A stretch of DNA of 64,000 nucleotides from NCBI GenBank assembly GCA_016699995.1, contig CP064996.1:754963-818962 (forward strand). The letters are read 5' to 3'. Below are positions 10,432 through 22,839 of the stretch, one piece after another. Numbering within the stretch: the stretch's first letter is position 1; each line of letters starts with the position of its first letter. The stretch comes from a bacterium. GTDB taxonomy: Bacteria; Patescibacteriota; Doudnabacteria; UBA920. The translations under genes were made by a program, and so were the position numbers. The notes beneath the pieces are model-generated. The model was not told the DNA's origin, made no database searches, and worked only from the letters and a program-made list of their open reading frames with translations.

Positions 10432-11189
10432 AGGTGCCAAACCTTCTCGTCTATGTGGACTATTGGAGAAGATCAGCCTGTTATCCCTAGAGTAACTTTT
10501 ATCCGTTGGGCTTTGCGTCTTCCACTCGAACGCATCGGATCACTAACTTCTGGTTTCCCACCTGCGCGAGTCGCCACTCTTGCAGTCAAGCAGGCTTATG
10601 CGTTTGCACTACCAGCGCGATTTCCATCCGCGCCTAGCCTACCTTAATAAACGCCTCCGTTACCATTTAGGAGGCAACCGCCCCAGTTAAACTACCCACG
10701 AGCCACTGTCCTTGATCAGGTTAGAATCAAGTTAGAATCAACATTCACACAGGGTGGTATTTCACTATTGCCTCCATTGTCGCTAGCGCGACAACTTCAA
10801 AGGCTCCCACCTATACTAAACAGTGTAAACACTGATTCAATAACACGCTATAGTTAAGCTTCATAGGGTCTTTCCGTCTTGCTGCGGGTAGACGGCATCT
10901 TTACCGCCATTGTAAGTTCATCGGAGTGTTCGTTAAGACAGTCCTCTACTCGTTATGCCATTCGTGCGGGTCGTAACTTACACGACAAGGAATTTCGCTA
11001 CCATAGGACGGTTATAGTTACCGCCGGCGTTCATCAGGGCTTGGGCTCCGAGGTTGCCCCAGGAGCTTTGACCTTCTGACACTGGCCAGGCATCAGCCCG
11101 TATACATCAGCTTGCGCTTTAGCACGGACCTAAGTTTTTGATAAACAGTCGGGAGAGGTCATTCGCTGCGGCCTGTTTAACATGCTGGG

Positions 11190-11712
11190 TAAATGGGCGG
11201 AGACTAAAGTTTTTCGTAACCTTGACCTAGCTTGGCACCAAGCGTTTAGTTTACGATTATTTTAGACTCCGCAGCTCGTCGGAAGGAGGGTTCCGTACGA
11301 CGAACAAGAAATGGAATGGGAAGACAACCGCTAGATAGCAGTTATATTCACCTAGAAATTAGGTGAGCAAAGCCTCTTAACAACTGAGCCGGGCGGCGTC
11401 ATTGTTTTACTGCAGCTTAGAAGCTTTGCTCACCACGGCCTACCGGCACTCGCTTCACCCCCTTGAAAGTATGAGGCGGTGCTATTCTTACCTACCGGAA
11501 GAATTCCAGAATTGGCAGTATGGCCGAAACAAAAGTGGGACACACGAGAGGGATTGAACCCCTGACCTCTGCCGTATCAAGGCAGCGCTCTACCCAAGTC
11601 GTAATAACTAGGATCTACCCGGGTAGATGCCTAATCTTCGTACACTGAGCTACGTGCGTCATTAACTTTTATATTTTTCTTTTTTCCATTTACCCAGCAT
11701 GCAAACAGGCAA
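11190..11712 (-). other. About 520 nt intervening sequence in 23S at the helix-63-equivalent site (after about E. coli 1700), closed by a 24/25 bp inverted-repeat stem.
   Basis: 5' arm CCTGTTTGCATGCTGGGTAAATGG (rc of about 11688-11712). 3' arm CCATTTACCCAGCATGTTAAACAGG (rc of about 11190-11215). Nearly perfect complementarity with one bulge. The conserved 23S sequence resumes directly outside both arms. Confidence 0.65.
11530..11660 (-). ncRNA. tRNA-Ile(GAU)-like element embedded inside the 23S intervening sequence, carrying a 47 nt insertion in the D-loop.
   Basis: rc reads GACGCAC-G-TAGCTCAGT-[47 nt insert containing palindrome ATCTACCCGGGTAGAT]-GGGTAGAGC-G-CTGCC-TTGATAC-GGCAG-AGGTC-AGGGG-TTCAATC-CCTCT-CGTGTGTC-CCA. 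It has an acceptor stem, D-stem, anticodon stem with a GAT loop, T-arm GGTTCAATCC and 3' CCA. It resembles, but is distinct from, the genuine tRNA-Ile at 36229..36305. Confidence 0.5.
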
Positions 11713-12382
11713 GGTATATACCGAAGGTACACCTGCTGTATTGCCGAGTTCCTTAACGAACATTGATCCGGACGCCTTAGGATTCTCTCCTCATCCACCT
11801 GTGTCGGTTTGCGGTACGGACAGTTACACGCGTAACCACGACGCTTTTCTTGGCACCTTGGTTCACCCAAATTGCTCTTGCGAGCTTTCTCCATATCTTC
11901 GAGATTACACCAAGCTAAAGTCCCGGAGGACTTAAGCCCAGTTTGAAATTCCGGATTTGCCTAGAATTTCTCCCTACGGATACAGCGACGTACATAGTCA
12001 GAGTACGCTCAGGCTACCATGATGCGTCCCGTCTTGGATAACGCATAACTGGTCAGGGAATATCAACCCTGTTTTCCATCGGATGCACCCCTTGGGGCGC
12101 ACTCTTAGGATCGACTAACCCTGGGACGACGATCGTTGCCCAGGAAACCTTGGATATTCGGCGAAGGGGATTCTCACCCCTATATATATTACTTATTCCA
12201 ACATTCTCACTTGTGCACAGTCCACGAGCCCTTACGGGTCTCGCTTCTGCCCAGTACACAACGCTCCTCTACCGCTATACAAAAATAAATTTATGCATAA
12301 CCCGCGTCTTCGGCACCTAGCTTAGCCCCTATATATTGTCGGCGCAGGATCGCTTGACCAGTGAGCTGTTACGCTTTCTTTA

Positions 12383-12419
<37 letters not shown>

Positions 12420-13259
12420 GAGCAATCCCACATCCTTTGCACTATAGCTAGGATTTGGGGGCCTTAGACGGCGGTGTGGATTCTTCTCCATTCGACCAAT
12501 GGACCTTAGAGCCCATGGTCTAACTGCCACGTTATTTATTCATCAGAATTCGGAGTTTGGTTCGAATCCGACAGTTTCCCACCGGAGTCCGATTCAGTGC
12601 TCTACCTCTGTGAGGAACACGTGACGCTAACCCTAAAGTTATTTCGAGGAGAACCAGCTATCACCCGGTTCGATTAGAATTTCTCTTCGACCCACAGCTC
12701 ATCCCCTGTTTTTGCAGCAACAGTGGGTTCGGACCTCCCGTTGCTTTTACACAACGTTCATCCTGGCCATGGGTAGCTCACTCGGGTTTCGGGTCTAGCG
12801 CGTGCGACATTAAAGAGTATATTCAGCGTCCAGTCGAAACTGAAAACTGAATATATCTTTATACGGACTATTAATCCTCGCTTTCACTACAACTTCGTGT
12901 TTGTTAACACTTAGTTAAGCCACACACAACTAACTCGTTGGATCATTCTTCAATAGGCACGCCGTTAACCTGCGCTGCGGGCAAGCCCGAGCGTTAGGTC
13001 TTCGACTCCTTGTAAGTATATGGTTTCAGAGACTATTTCATTCCCCTTCCGGGGTGCTTTTCACCTTTCCCTCACGGTACTCGTTCACTATCGGTCACTA
13101 TGAGTATTTAGCCTTACGTATTAGTCTACGCTAATTCAGTCCAGATTTCTCGTGTCTGGACTTACTCAAGAAAAAGATCAGGAATTGTATGATGTTTCAC
13201 TATACGGGACTGTCACCCTCTTTGGTCCGCCTTTCCAGGCGTGTTCTGCTACATAGCAC

Positions 13260-13480
13260 ACTAATGTTCCTCTGCGGAATTACTGTTCCGCAACGTCAAT
13301 TCTTATAACGCCTATACTGCAACGCCAGTAAGCTTTAAATTTAATCTCGCTAGTAAACTAGTTTGAAAAAATAACACAGTAAAGGTTTGGGCTAATAGAT
13401 AATTTATTCACCAGACACCAGCATAGGTGTACGATGAATAAATTTCTATATATCTCCGCGTTCGCTCGCCACTACTAACG
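13260..13480 (-). other. About 185 nt AT-rich expansion in 23S domain I (helix 9/10 region).
   Basis: Between the conserved GGCGAGCGAACGCGGAG and ACACGCCTGGAAAGGCGGACC the window has about 230 nt versus about 45 nt in E. coli. It contains the hairpin-forming inverted repeat aatttattcacc...gatgaataaatt. Confidence 0.45.
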
Positions 13481-14250
13481 GAATCGACAAGTGCTTGCGC
13501 ACTCTTTCTTTATTTTCCTCATGCTACTGAGATGTTTCACTTCGCATGGTTCCCGCTCATTTATACCCCACGGTATAAAGGCATGCATTCTTCAAATGCA
13601 TAGGTTTCCCTATTCAGAAATCTCCGGATCAAAGGTTATTGCCACCTCCCCGAAGCGTATCGCCGGCTATCGCGTCTTTCATCGGCTCATAGTACCAAGG
13701 CATCCACCATATACCCTTCTCTGTTTTAATCTACAAGATTATACAGAATTATTTTTGGCTTGCGCCAAAAGTTTTGACAAGCAATTCGTAAAAACAAATT
13801 ACTCGTCGGATACAATGTTTGATAATTGGTTCAGTACAACATCTATTCGCTGTACTTAATTTATTATTCTCACTCTGCGAGCTTTTCAGCCCGCTTATGA
13901 TTTTACTTACAATATTGTTCTGTTGGTTGAAGACAGAACAAATTACCACTATTTAGTTTTCAAAGTACATGACTGATTTCGGCTTGCTCTATATTATAGA
14001 GCGAACTGGTGACTCGAACGACAACTTTCCAGTTGAAGATTGAACGAGGCACAGAAATATTTCCAGTCAGATAACTACTGCTCTGCTAACTAAGTTAGCA
14101 TCCGGTAACATCTCGCCTGATTCCCTAAGAATTAATGGAAGGGCTACATACCTGAGAGCAGTAAATACCTGATTAGAAAATTGTGTTTGAAAGAACGGGT
14201 GGAGAAACAAATTTTGGCGACAAAAAAACCGCAAATCGCGGTGTAAGCTA

Positions 14251-14267
14251 GGCGTTAAAAAGCGCTA
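14251..14267 (-). promoter_or_regulatory. boxA-like antitermination element in the rRNA leader.
   Basis: Minus strand GCGCTTTTTAACGCC resembles boxA (GCTCTTTAACAA). It is adjacent to a small GC hairpin (accgc-aaat-cgcggt). Confidence 0.35.
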
Positions 14268-14351
14268 GTTACATAAACCGCGGAGAGTTAAGAGTTAATG
14301 TAGTCTTTAACATATTTTGTCGTGTTTCTTTAAGAAATAAATCTTATAGGC

Positions 14352-14380
14352 ATATTAATATATAGAGGATGCCTTGTCAA
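14352..14380 (-). promoter_or_regulatory. Sigma70-type promoter of the 23S-5S rRNA transcription unit.
   Basis: Minus strand TTGACA (plus 14375-14380), a 17 nt spacer, then TAATAT (plus 14352-14357). It lies about 610 nt upstream of the mature 23S 5' end. Confidence 0.6.
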
Positions 14381-14681
14381 GGGTTTTTCATGGAAATTTT
14401 GAAGAAAAACGGTCATTTATCTGCCCAAGAAAATGTCACCCCAAAACCCAGCCAAAATAAACCGGATCCTAGAAATTCAACATGTGACAAGACTTGGAAA
14501 ATTTTGGCAAGAGGGTCTTATAATTTCATTGAATCAGTTTCAAAAGCTGGTTCGTCCAAGGTATCTCTGGGACCACAATCCAGCTTTTTGGAGAATGCAG
14601 CTTTTTCAAGTAAAATTATTGATCAGGTGTCGGGACTCTCTCGAAAAAGCAGCCACGAAACTCGTATTTTATTTTTACACG

Positions 14682-17241
<2,560 letters not shown>

Positions 17242-17249
17242 GTCAAAAA

Positions 17250-17280
17250 CTAAAGACCCGTCATATGCGGGTCTTTTTAA
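17250..17280 (+). terminator. Rho-independent terminator, possibly bidirectional.
   Basis: agacccg-tcatatg-cgggtct followed by TTTTT. Confidence 0.55.
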
Positions 17281-17320
17281 ATTCCATTCAAGATTTGAGA
17301 ATAATGAATTCGGCGGGTAA

Positions 17321-18202
17321 CTAGGGCACAGGAATATATACGGTATAGGTTCTGGTTAATCCCAAATAATTCGCCACGACCTTCAATACTTTTTTTCCTA
17401 TAAACGGTAGGCCCTTTGCGGTAGCCCCATCGGCAGCATAAGAAGTGATATTCAATTGAACGTTATTCACCGGATCCGTATTCTGAACGATCAGCTCATA
17501 CTGATAATCGGGGAAAAAAGTGGAAATAGACATCGGCGGTCCTTCTGATAGATTACCATAATCGGTAGTAGTTTCTCCGGCTTCGGGGTCTTTAGGTATG
17601 CCGCGCAAGCTAATGCGAAGTTGACCTGTATTGCCTACCGCAACCCGCTGCAACCGGATTAATCCATACTGCAAGCTATAGTCATTTAACGAGTATAAAG
17701 GAAATACTTGTGTCTCCCCGGCAAAAATAGTTGTCAGTTTAGGAGTTTCGTCAAAATCCAAAGGCTGAGGATCACCGTCTTTTTCTGTGGGAAGCTCTAG
17801 TCTCACGTTGCCTATCAAGCATATCCCGTTTCTGGAGGGGAAGCAGGAAGGCACATCCATTAGCGTAACGTTATCACCGTCACTACGCTCGTTAACATAG
17901 CGTTTGTACTGAAACAAGGCCTCTTCGGTTACGCCCAAAGTCGCATACAAGTTAGGTTCGCTGCGAACCAGGTCGCGGGAAGCCCGAAGTTCTATAAAGA
18001 CGATAGTCGCCAAGCTGAACACGATAGCAGTTATAGCTGCCAACACAAGCACCGCCATCATTAGCGATACCCCTTCTTGCTTATGGTTCTTATAGAGGTG
18101 GAATGTCATATGCATCGGTAGAGATTGTGCTCTGATAATTAATAACTGACTCGTCGCGCAAGCCTTCGTATACCCTGAAAGCTGGCTAAAGATCGTTACC
18201 AT
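17321..18202 (-). CDS. Pilus-associated membrane protein with a degenerate prepilin-like N-terminus. The start is probably internal.
   Basis: KQEGVSLMMAVLVLAAITAIVFSLATIVFIELRA resembles a prepilin leader plus hydrophobic helix. It is the last gene of the pilD/minor-pilin operon. Confidence 0.4.
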   Translation of the reverse strand: MVTIFSQLSGYTKACATSQLLIIRAQSLPMHMTFHLYKNHKQEGVSLMMAVLVLAAITAIVFSLATIVFIELRASRDLVRSEPNLYATLGVTEEALFQYKRYVNERSDGDNVTLMDVPSCFPSRNGICLIGNVRLELPTEKDGDPQPLDFDETPKLTTIFAGETQVFPLYSLNDYSLQYGLIRLQRVAVGNTGQLRISLRGIPKDPEAGETTTDYGNLSEGPPMSISTFFPDYQYELIVQNTDPVNNVQLNITSYAADGATAKGLPFIGKKVLKVVANYLGLTRTYTVYIPVP

Positions 18203-18272
18203 TGGCTGGACGCCTTTATTATTACTTAAAGGATCTGTTGTTGGCCTAACAATAAATCTAAAAGTATCCGGA

Positions 18273-18683
18273 TTAATCGTTAAAGTTCTGAGGATTAATT
18301 GACTCTTCCGTTGACGTGGAAGAAGTATCTCTGCGGAGCATCAGCTCTTTCGTGTCAGTTTTAAAGTAGAAGCATAGCCTGTCTCCCGTATAGGTGATAA
18401 TAGCCAAAGACTGGTTGGCATTATTAGCATAATTACTCGCTGCACAATTGCCGCTTCCATTGTAATCCACACGCCCATTGCGGATTTCCCTAGACAATAC
18501 CTCTGTAAAGTTGCGGGCCGCTTGCGAAACCTGACGCTTTGCCTGCACCTCACGATTGATGCGCAGAACATAATTGAAGAGCACCAATACGGCGGAGATA
18601 ACCATGGCAAAAATCCCGGTAGCAACAATAATTTCTACTAAGGTGAATCCAAACTGCTTTTTATGAATTAAACGTTGAGACAT
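18273..18683 (-). CDS. Type IV pilin-like protein (prepilin-type N-terminal cleavage/methylation domain).
   Basis: KKQFGFTLVEIIVATGIFAMVISAVLVL N-terminus. Confidence 0.7.
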   Translation of the reverse strand: MSQRLIHKKQFGFTLVEIIVATGIFAMVISAVLVLFNYVLRINREVQAKRQVSQAARNFTEVLSREIRNGRVDYNGSGNCAASNYANNANQSLAIITYTGDRLCFYFKTDTKELMLRRDTSSTSTEESINPQNFND

Positions 18684-18684
18684 G

Positions 18685-19371
18685 CTAATAATTCTTCCAG
18701 TTAGTTAGATAGGTTTCTAAAGTAATCAAACAAGAATTACTCGTAGGAACATCAGCAGATGCCGGACATCGCTTGTCTGTCCACCAAACATCCACCCGCA
18801 CTCTTACCCTCGGCCCGGTTGATTGGTCAAAAGGAGGAAAATCCTCTGTAGTCAAAGTGATTTTACGGCTGAATCCAGAATCACCGGTACTATCTGCGCT
18901 TGGCTTAAAAAAACCGGTCGCGAGATTGCTAGTATCATAGTCCAGGCCATAGCCGCTATTGGTTTGAGTAAGTTCCCAGTAAGAGTGTTCATTGTTGCTG
19001 TTAGCATTAAAACCCAGTCTATAAGTTCTAGAAATAGCACCACCCGGGAAAATGCTGTAACCCCCGCCAGCCCCATTTAGCCACCCCTGATAGCAATTGC
19101 CGGCATCGGTCTGGGTGTAAAAATCAAAACAATTAGTGCTAAGACTGGTTCTTAGCCAGTTGGTATCTCGCATGTTTTTTACAGCCTCCATGCCTTCACG
19201 GGCCAATCCCGTAGCCTGAAGCTGTTTAGAGATGCCGCTAGTGGCATTTAAGCCATATACAGCCAGTCCAACAGCCGCAGAAATTCCCATGGTCAAAACT
19301 AAAGCCGCGACCATGGTCTCGATTAAGGTTTGTCCACGCTGATTTGTTTTTAAATTTTCATCGACTAACAT
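18685..19371 (-). CDS. Type IV minor pilin-like protein.
   Basis: QRGQTLIETMVAALVLTMGISAAVGL prepilin-like N-terminus. Translationally coupled to its neighbours. Confidence 0.6.
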   Translation of the reverse strand: MLVDENLKTNQRGQTLIETMVAALVLTMGISAAVGLAVYGLNATSGISKQLQATGLAREGMEAVKNMRDTNWLRTSLSTNCFDFYTQTDAGNCYQGWLNGAGGGYSIFPGGAISRTYRLGFNANSNNEHSYWELTQTNSGYGLDYDTSNLATGFFKPSADSTGDSGFSRKITLTTEDFPPFDQSTGPRVRVRVDVWWTDKRCPASADVPTSNSCLITLETYLTNWKNY

Positions 19372-20218
19372 TCGTATAGCACTTATAACTTGAAGCTAAC
19401 AACGTCCGAACAGTCTCCACCAGAATTCTATAAAACCCGCCTTCAGTACATTCCGGAGGAAGTGGTGGATCTACTGTCTCATCGCCGCCGCCGGTAACAT
19501 CGCCGGTCCCATCTCTACCTCCACCACCGTATTGACCGCCACCACTCCCATCACCGTTTCCATCGCCGTCGCCAGGATTATCGATTGCTGGACCACCTAA
19601 AAAGTTTGGTCCTGGTTCTGCTTGCTCAACTTTTCCACTCAAGCCATGCACCTTTAAAACCTTGGAACTGCCGTCCTGAGAATGAGACAATGTTAAATCC
19701 ATGCTGTAGTTCGCCCAGGGAGCTAGTTCTGGGAAATTTTGAGCAACTGCCGAAATGCTGGAATCGCAAATACTTGAACCGTACAAATATGTTTTTCCAA
19801 AAACAACACCAGAAATAACAAAGGCACACTTATAATCTGTCTCAACACCGGACGAATCTCTGAGCGTTATATCGCCCGCAGTAACACCTGACGGTAGGTT
19901 TATCGTTTCAACATCATAGTAAGAAAAAGATGTGCTAGCAATCGCGTGGACAGTATAAGAAGACGCACCGCCTTCGAAGCGGGTCAGATAATACTTTGGA
20001 GCTTCGCCGGTCGGCAAGTTACGGGAAGAAACGGCGTAAGCTTGCACCTTACGAAGGTTAGTAATAGTTTCATTCTGGGCAATTGCTAAAGTCCGGCGAG
20101 GCTTTTGCTGGTTCCAAATTACAATGCCGGCGCTAGTTAACAGCACCATAATCACAAATACCACCATCAATTCGATGACGGTAAAACCTTTTTGTCGGTT
20201 TGTCTTTTGATTTCTCAT
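19358..20218 (-). CDS. Type IV pilin-like protein with a Gly/Asp-rich C-terminal region.
   Basis: KGFTVIELMVVFVIMVLLTSAGIVIW N-terminus. The C-terminus contains a GDGDGNGDGSGGGQYGGGGRDGTGDVTGGGDE low-complexity tract. Confidence 0.7.
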   Translation of the reverse strand: MRNQKTNRQKGFTVIELMVVFVIMVLLTSAGIVIWNQQKPRRTLAIAQNETITNLRKVQAYAVSSRNLPTGEAPKYYLTRFEGGASSYTVHAIASTSFSYYDVETINLPSGVTAGDITLRDSSGVETDYKCAFVISGVVFGKTYLYGSSICDSSISAVAQNFPELAPWANYSMDLTLSHSQDGSSKVLKVHGLSGKVEQAEPGPNFLGGPAIDNPGDGDGNGDGSGGGQYGGGGRDGTGDVTGGGDETVDPPLPPECTEGGFYRILVETVRTLLASSYKCYTNVSR

Positions 20219-20248
20219 AGTTTTGAGCTTTTCTTAAGTATAACACAA

Positions 20249-21070
20249 TTAAACTAGGCCAATTAAGCCAAAGTACCAGTTAGCCAACTGCAAACCAAAC
20301 ACTATAGTGATCAGGGCAGCTACCGATAAAAAGGTACCAAACGGAATTTTGCTTGTGAGCTCTTTCTTTCCGGCAATAAGCAGCGGCAAAGATACTGCAC
20401 TGCCTAACAAAAAAGCAATAAAATAACATACCCATATCTGCGGAAACCCAAACATCGCCCCCAAAAACAAGCCCAGCTTGGCATCACCCAAGCCCATCCA
20501 TTTACCCTTGGAAATTTTATGTAAAATATAGAAAGGAACAAAACCGGCAATCATGCCAAGAAGGCTGTTTAAGAGATACAACCCTTGCCCATCCAGCGAC
20601 ATGCCGGAATACCATCCAAAAAACGCAACCATCACCAGCAGTACCGCCGTCGCTGGATATACTACCTTGTTTAAAATTAAATAATGTTCTAGGTCGATAA
20701 TAAAAACGATTAACAGCACGGAAAAAATAAACCAATACCTCACAATGAGTACGCTGTCGATTAGCCAGTTATAAGCAATAGGCGACACCAGAATTACCGC
20801 CAGAACAAATAAAGCCCCGGTAATAAGCTCGATTAAAGGATATCGCAAAGAAACCTTCTTCTTGCAATAACGGCACTTGCCGCCAGAAACTAGATAGCTA
20901 AACACAGGAACCAAATCTTGCCATCCCAGAACATGCTTACAATGTGGGCACTGGGAACGGCCGGTAATTTTCTGATCCCGCGGCAATCGCCATATGAGAA
21001 CATTTAAGAAGCTGCCGATAAACCAACCAAATAAAAAAACCGCCAGTAAAATAAGAGGATGTGTTTCCAT
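20249..21070 (-). CDS. pilD: Prepilin peptidase (A24 family).
   Basis: 273 aa polytopic membrane protein. N-terminal CPHCKH...CRYCKK zinc-binding motif plus conserved A24 peptidase blocks. TAATG overlap with the upstream ORF. Confidence 0.8.
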   Translation of the reverse strand: METHPLILLAVFLFGWFIGSFLNVLIWRLPRDQKITGRSQCPHCKHVLGWQDLVPVFSYLVSGGKCRYCKKKVSLRYPLIELITGALFVLAVILVSPIAYNWLIDSVLIVRYWFIFSVLLIVFIIDLEHYLILNKVVYPATAVLLVMVAFFGWYSGMSLDGQGLYLLNSLLGMIAGFVPFYILHKISKGKWMGLGDAKLGLFLGAMFGFPQIWVCYFIAFLLGSAVSLPLLIAGKKELTSKIPFGTFLSVAALITIVFGLQLANWYFGLIGLV

Positions 21071-21456
21071 TATTTTACTGGAGCTTTAATGATGTTTACG
21101 CCTTCCTTAAAACCGCTGACTCCTTTAGTGAGACAAAGTCGCAATTCATAGTCGTTTCTAAAATTATTGGAGTACTGAAACGTCGCAGGGCATTGCTCAG
21201 AAGGATATTGCTTAGGAGGAAAGCCGCTCACGTATTGGCGCATAAGATTATCGTCTTTAAACTCGTCTGTTGCCGGGTAGCGATTTTGGTCCTGATAAAA
21301 ATATTCCAATGCTTGTTTTATGGCGTTAGCGTCTTTAACTGCCTGCCGGCTTTGGCCAGCGTGCTGACCCGCGCGGTAAGCCCACCATAATAGCAATACT
21401 GCCAGCGCTATAAAAATGACCCCTGCGGAATACTTAAGTATTTTCAACTTATTCAT
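21070..21456 (-). CDS. Hypothetical membrane-anchored protein, first gene of the pilD operon.
   Basis: 128 aa with an N-terminal TM helix. Stop overlaps the pilD start. Confidence 0.4.
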   Translation of the reverse strand: MNKLKILKYSAGVIFIALAVLLLWWAYRAGQHAGQSRQAVKDANAIKQALEYFYQDQNRYPATDEFKDDNLMRQYVSGFPPKQYPSEQCPATFQYSNNFRNDYELRLCLTKGVSGFKEGVNIIKAPVK

Positions 21457-21537
21457 GCATATATTATAACATTTATACCCAGGTTTAGGTTATCTCAAAA
21501 CCAAAAATACGCCCGTAAAGCCTGTGCCTCTTTTTCT

Positions 21538-22839
21538 TTACCGACCTTGAAGACTGAGAATATGAAAGATTGTCCTAAGGATAATTTCTAGATCAAACCA
21601 CAGGCTGCGATGCTTGATATAATAAAAATCATATTGCAATTTAAGCCTAGTTCCCTCTACAGAATTGGCATACACATGCAGCTGGCTCCAGCCGGTAAGA
21701 CCAGGCTTAACAATATGGCGTTCGTTGTAATAAGGGATCTGCTCAACAAGACTTTCTACGATCGCCGTCTGCTCTGGCCGCGGACCCACAAGGCTCATGT
21801 TGCCTAAGAAGATGTTCCAAAATTGAGGCAGTTCATCCACGCGAAGCCTGCGCAAAAACTTGCCCACTCGAGTGATGCGCTTATCTTGTTCTTGAGTCCA
21901 GATATCTGTTGGACTGCCGGAGGTCATGGTTCGAAGTTTGAAAACGTTAAAAGGCTTTCCGCCTTGTCCGATCCGTTGCTGAACGAAAAATACCGGCCCG
22001 GTAGAATCTAATTTGATTATTACGAACAAGAAAGGCAGCAATATAGCCAACAGCAGACTTCCTAGTGCACCAACTACTAAATCTAACACCCGCTTAATGG
22101 CATCGCTCAAGCGCCGTGGAGCATAATTGACCGAGCGTAAAAACCATATCTCGCTTACCTTTTCTAAAGGAACCATGCGCTGAGTAAGTTCTATAAATTT
22201 GTGGTATTCCAAAAATTCCACACCTTGCCGCTTATGCTCAAATAAGCTGCGCAATTCGGAATCGTTTAAGGAAAAATCAACAGGTAAAATTACTGTTGCT
22301 CTATTCAAGTGAATATCTAAAGAATCCAAATCATACCTACCAGCAAACCGCCAGCCCAAAGTCCGGTGCACATCTAAATACTGTTCTATACCAACATGCA
22401 AGTTTTGCTCATACACCAACGGATGCAAATACAAATGCTTTTTCCAAATCCTCGGAAGGATATTCTGGATCAAACTATACCATAAAGCCAAGCCCAGGGT
22501 GGTGATTAGCAAATGAACCACTAAGAAGCGTCTTGGTGTTAGAATTAATTCCGGCTGAAAGTAAAAATAAGCCACAGCTATTATACCGCAAGTAAGCATC
22601 GCGCCCAGCAAGCGTGAAATAACCAGCAAGGTAGAACGGAAGGTAGCAAGGTCAAATAAGGTATATATGAATAACACCACCAGCCATATCGCATAGATCA
22701 CCGAAAAATGCACTAAGTGGTCTTGCCACCCCTGTTGCGGCAAACCGCCTGGATACCAAATCATAATAGTCAACACCAAGCCCGCATAAAAGAACAGCAA
22801 TGCTGGCGCTATTAGTAACCAAAATCTATTCATGGTCAA
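21538..22839 (-). CDS. Undecaprenyl-phosphate sugar phosphotransferase (WbaP/WcaJ-type initiating glycosyltransferase).
   Basis: 433 aa. N-terminal TM helices. C-terminal bacterial sugar transferase domain: LSDAIKRVLDLV...IKLDSTGPVFFVQQRIGQGGKPFNVFKLRTM...DELPQFWNIFLGNMSLVGPRPE. Confidence 0.8.
   Translation of the reverse strand: MTMNRFWLLIAPALLFFYAGLVLTIMIWYPGGLPQQGWQDHLVHFSVIYAIWLVVLFIYTLFDLATFRSTLLVISRLLGAMLTCGIIAVAYFYFQPELILTPRRFLVVHLLITTLGLALWYSLIQNILPRIWKKHLYLHPLVYEQNLHVGIEQYLDVHRTLGWRFAGRYDLDSLDIHLNRATVILPVDFSLNDSELRSLFEHKRQGVEFLEYHKFIELTQRMVPLEKVSEIWFLRSVNYAPRRLSDAIKRVLDLVVGALGSLLLAILLPFLFVIIKLDSTGPVFFVQQRIGQGGKPFNVFKLRTMTSGSPTDIWTQEQDKRITRVGKFLRRLRVDELPQFWNIFLGNMSLVGPRPEQTAIVESLVEQIPYYNERHIVKPGLTGWSQLHVYANSVEGTRLKLQYDFYYIKHRSLWFDLEIILRTIFHILSLQGR

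Noticed and set aside
13738-13743. A TATAAT hexamer directly at the 23S 5' end that I considered as a second rRNA promoter (P2).
   Set aside because: No acceptable -35 at 16-19 nt spacing. The hexamer falls within or adjacent to the mature 23S 5' helix, so it is more likely a processing-stem sequence.
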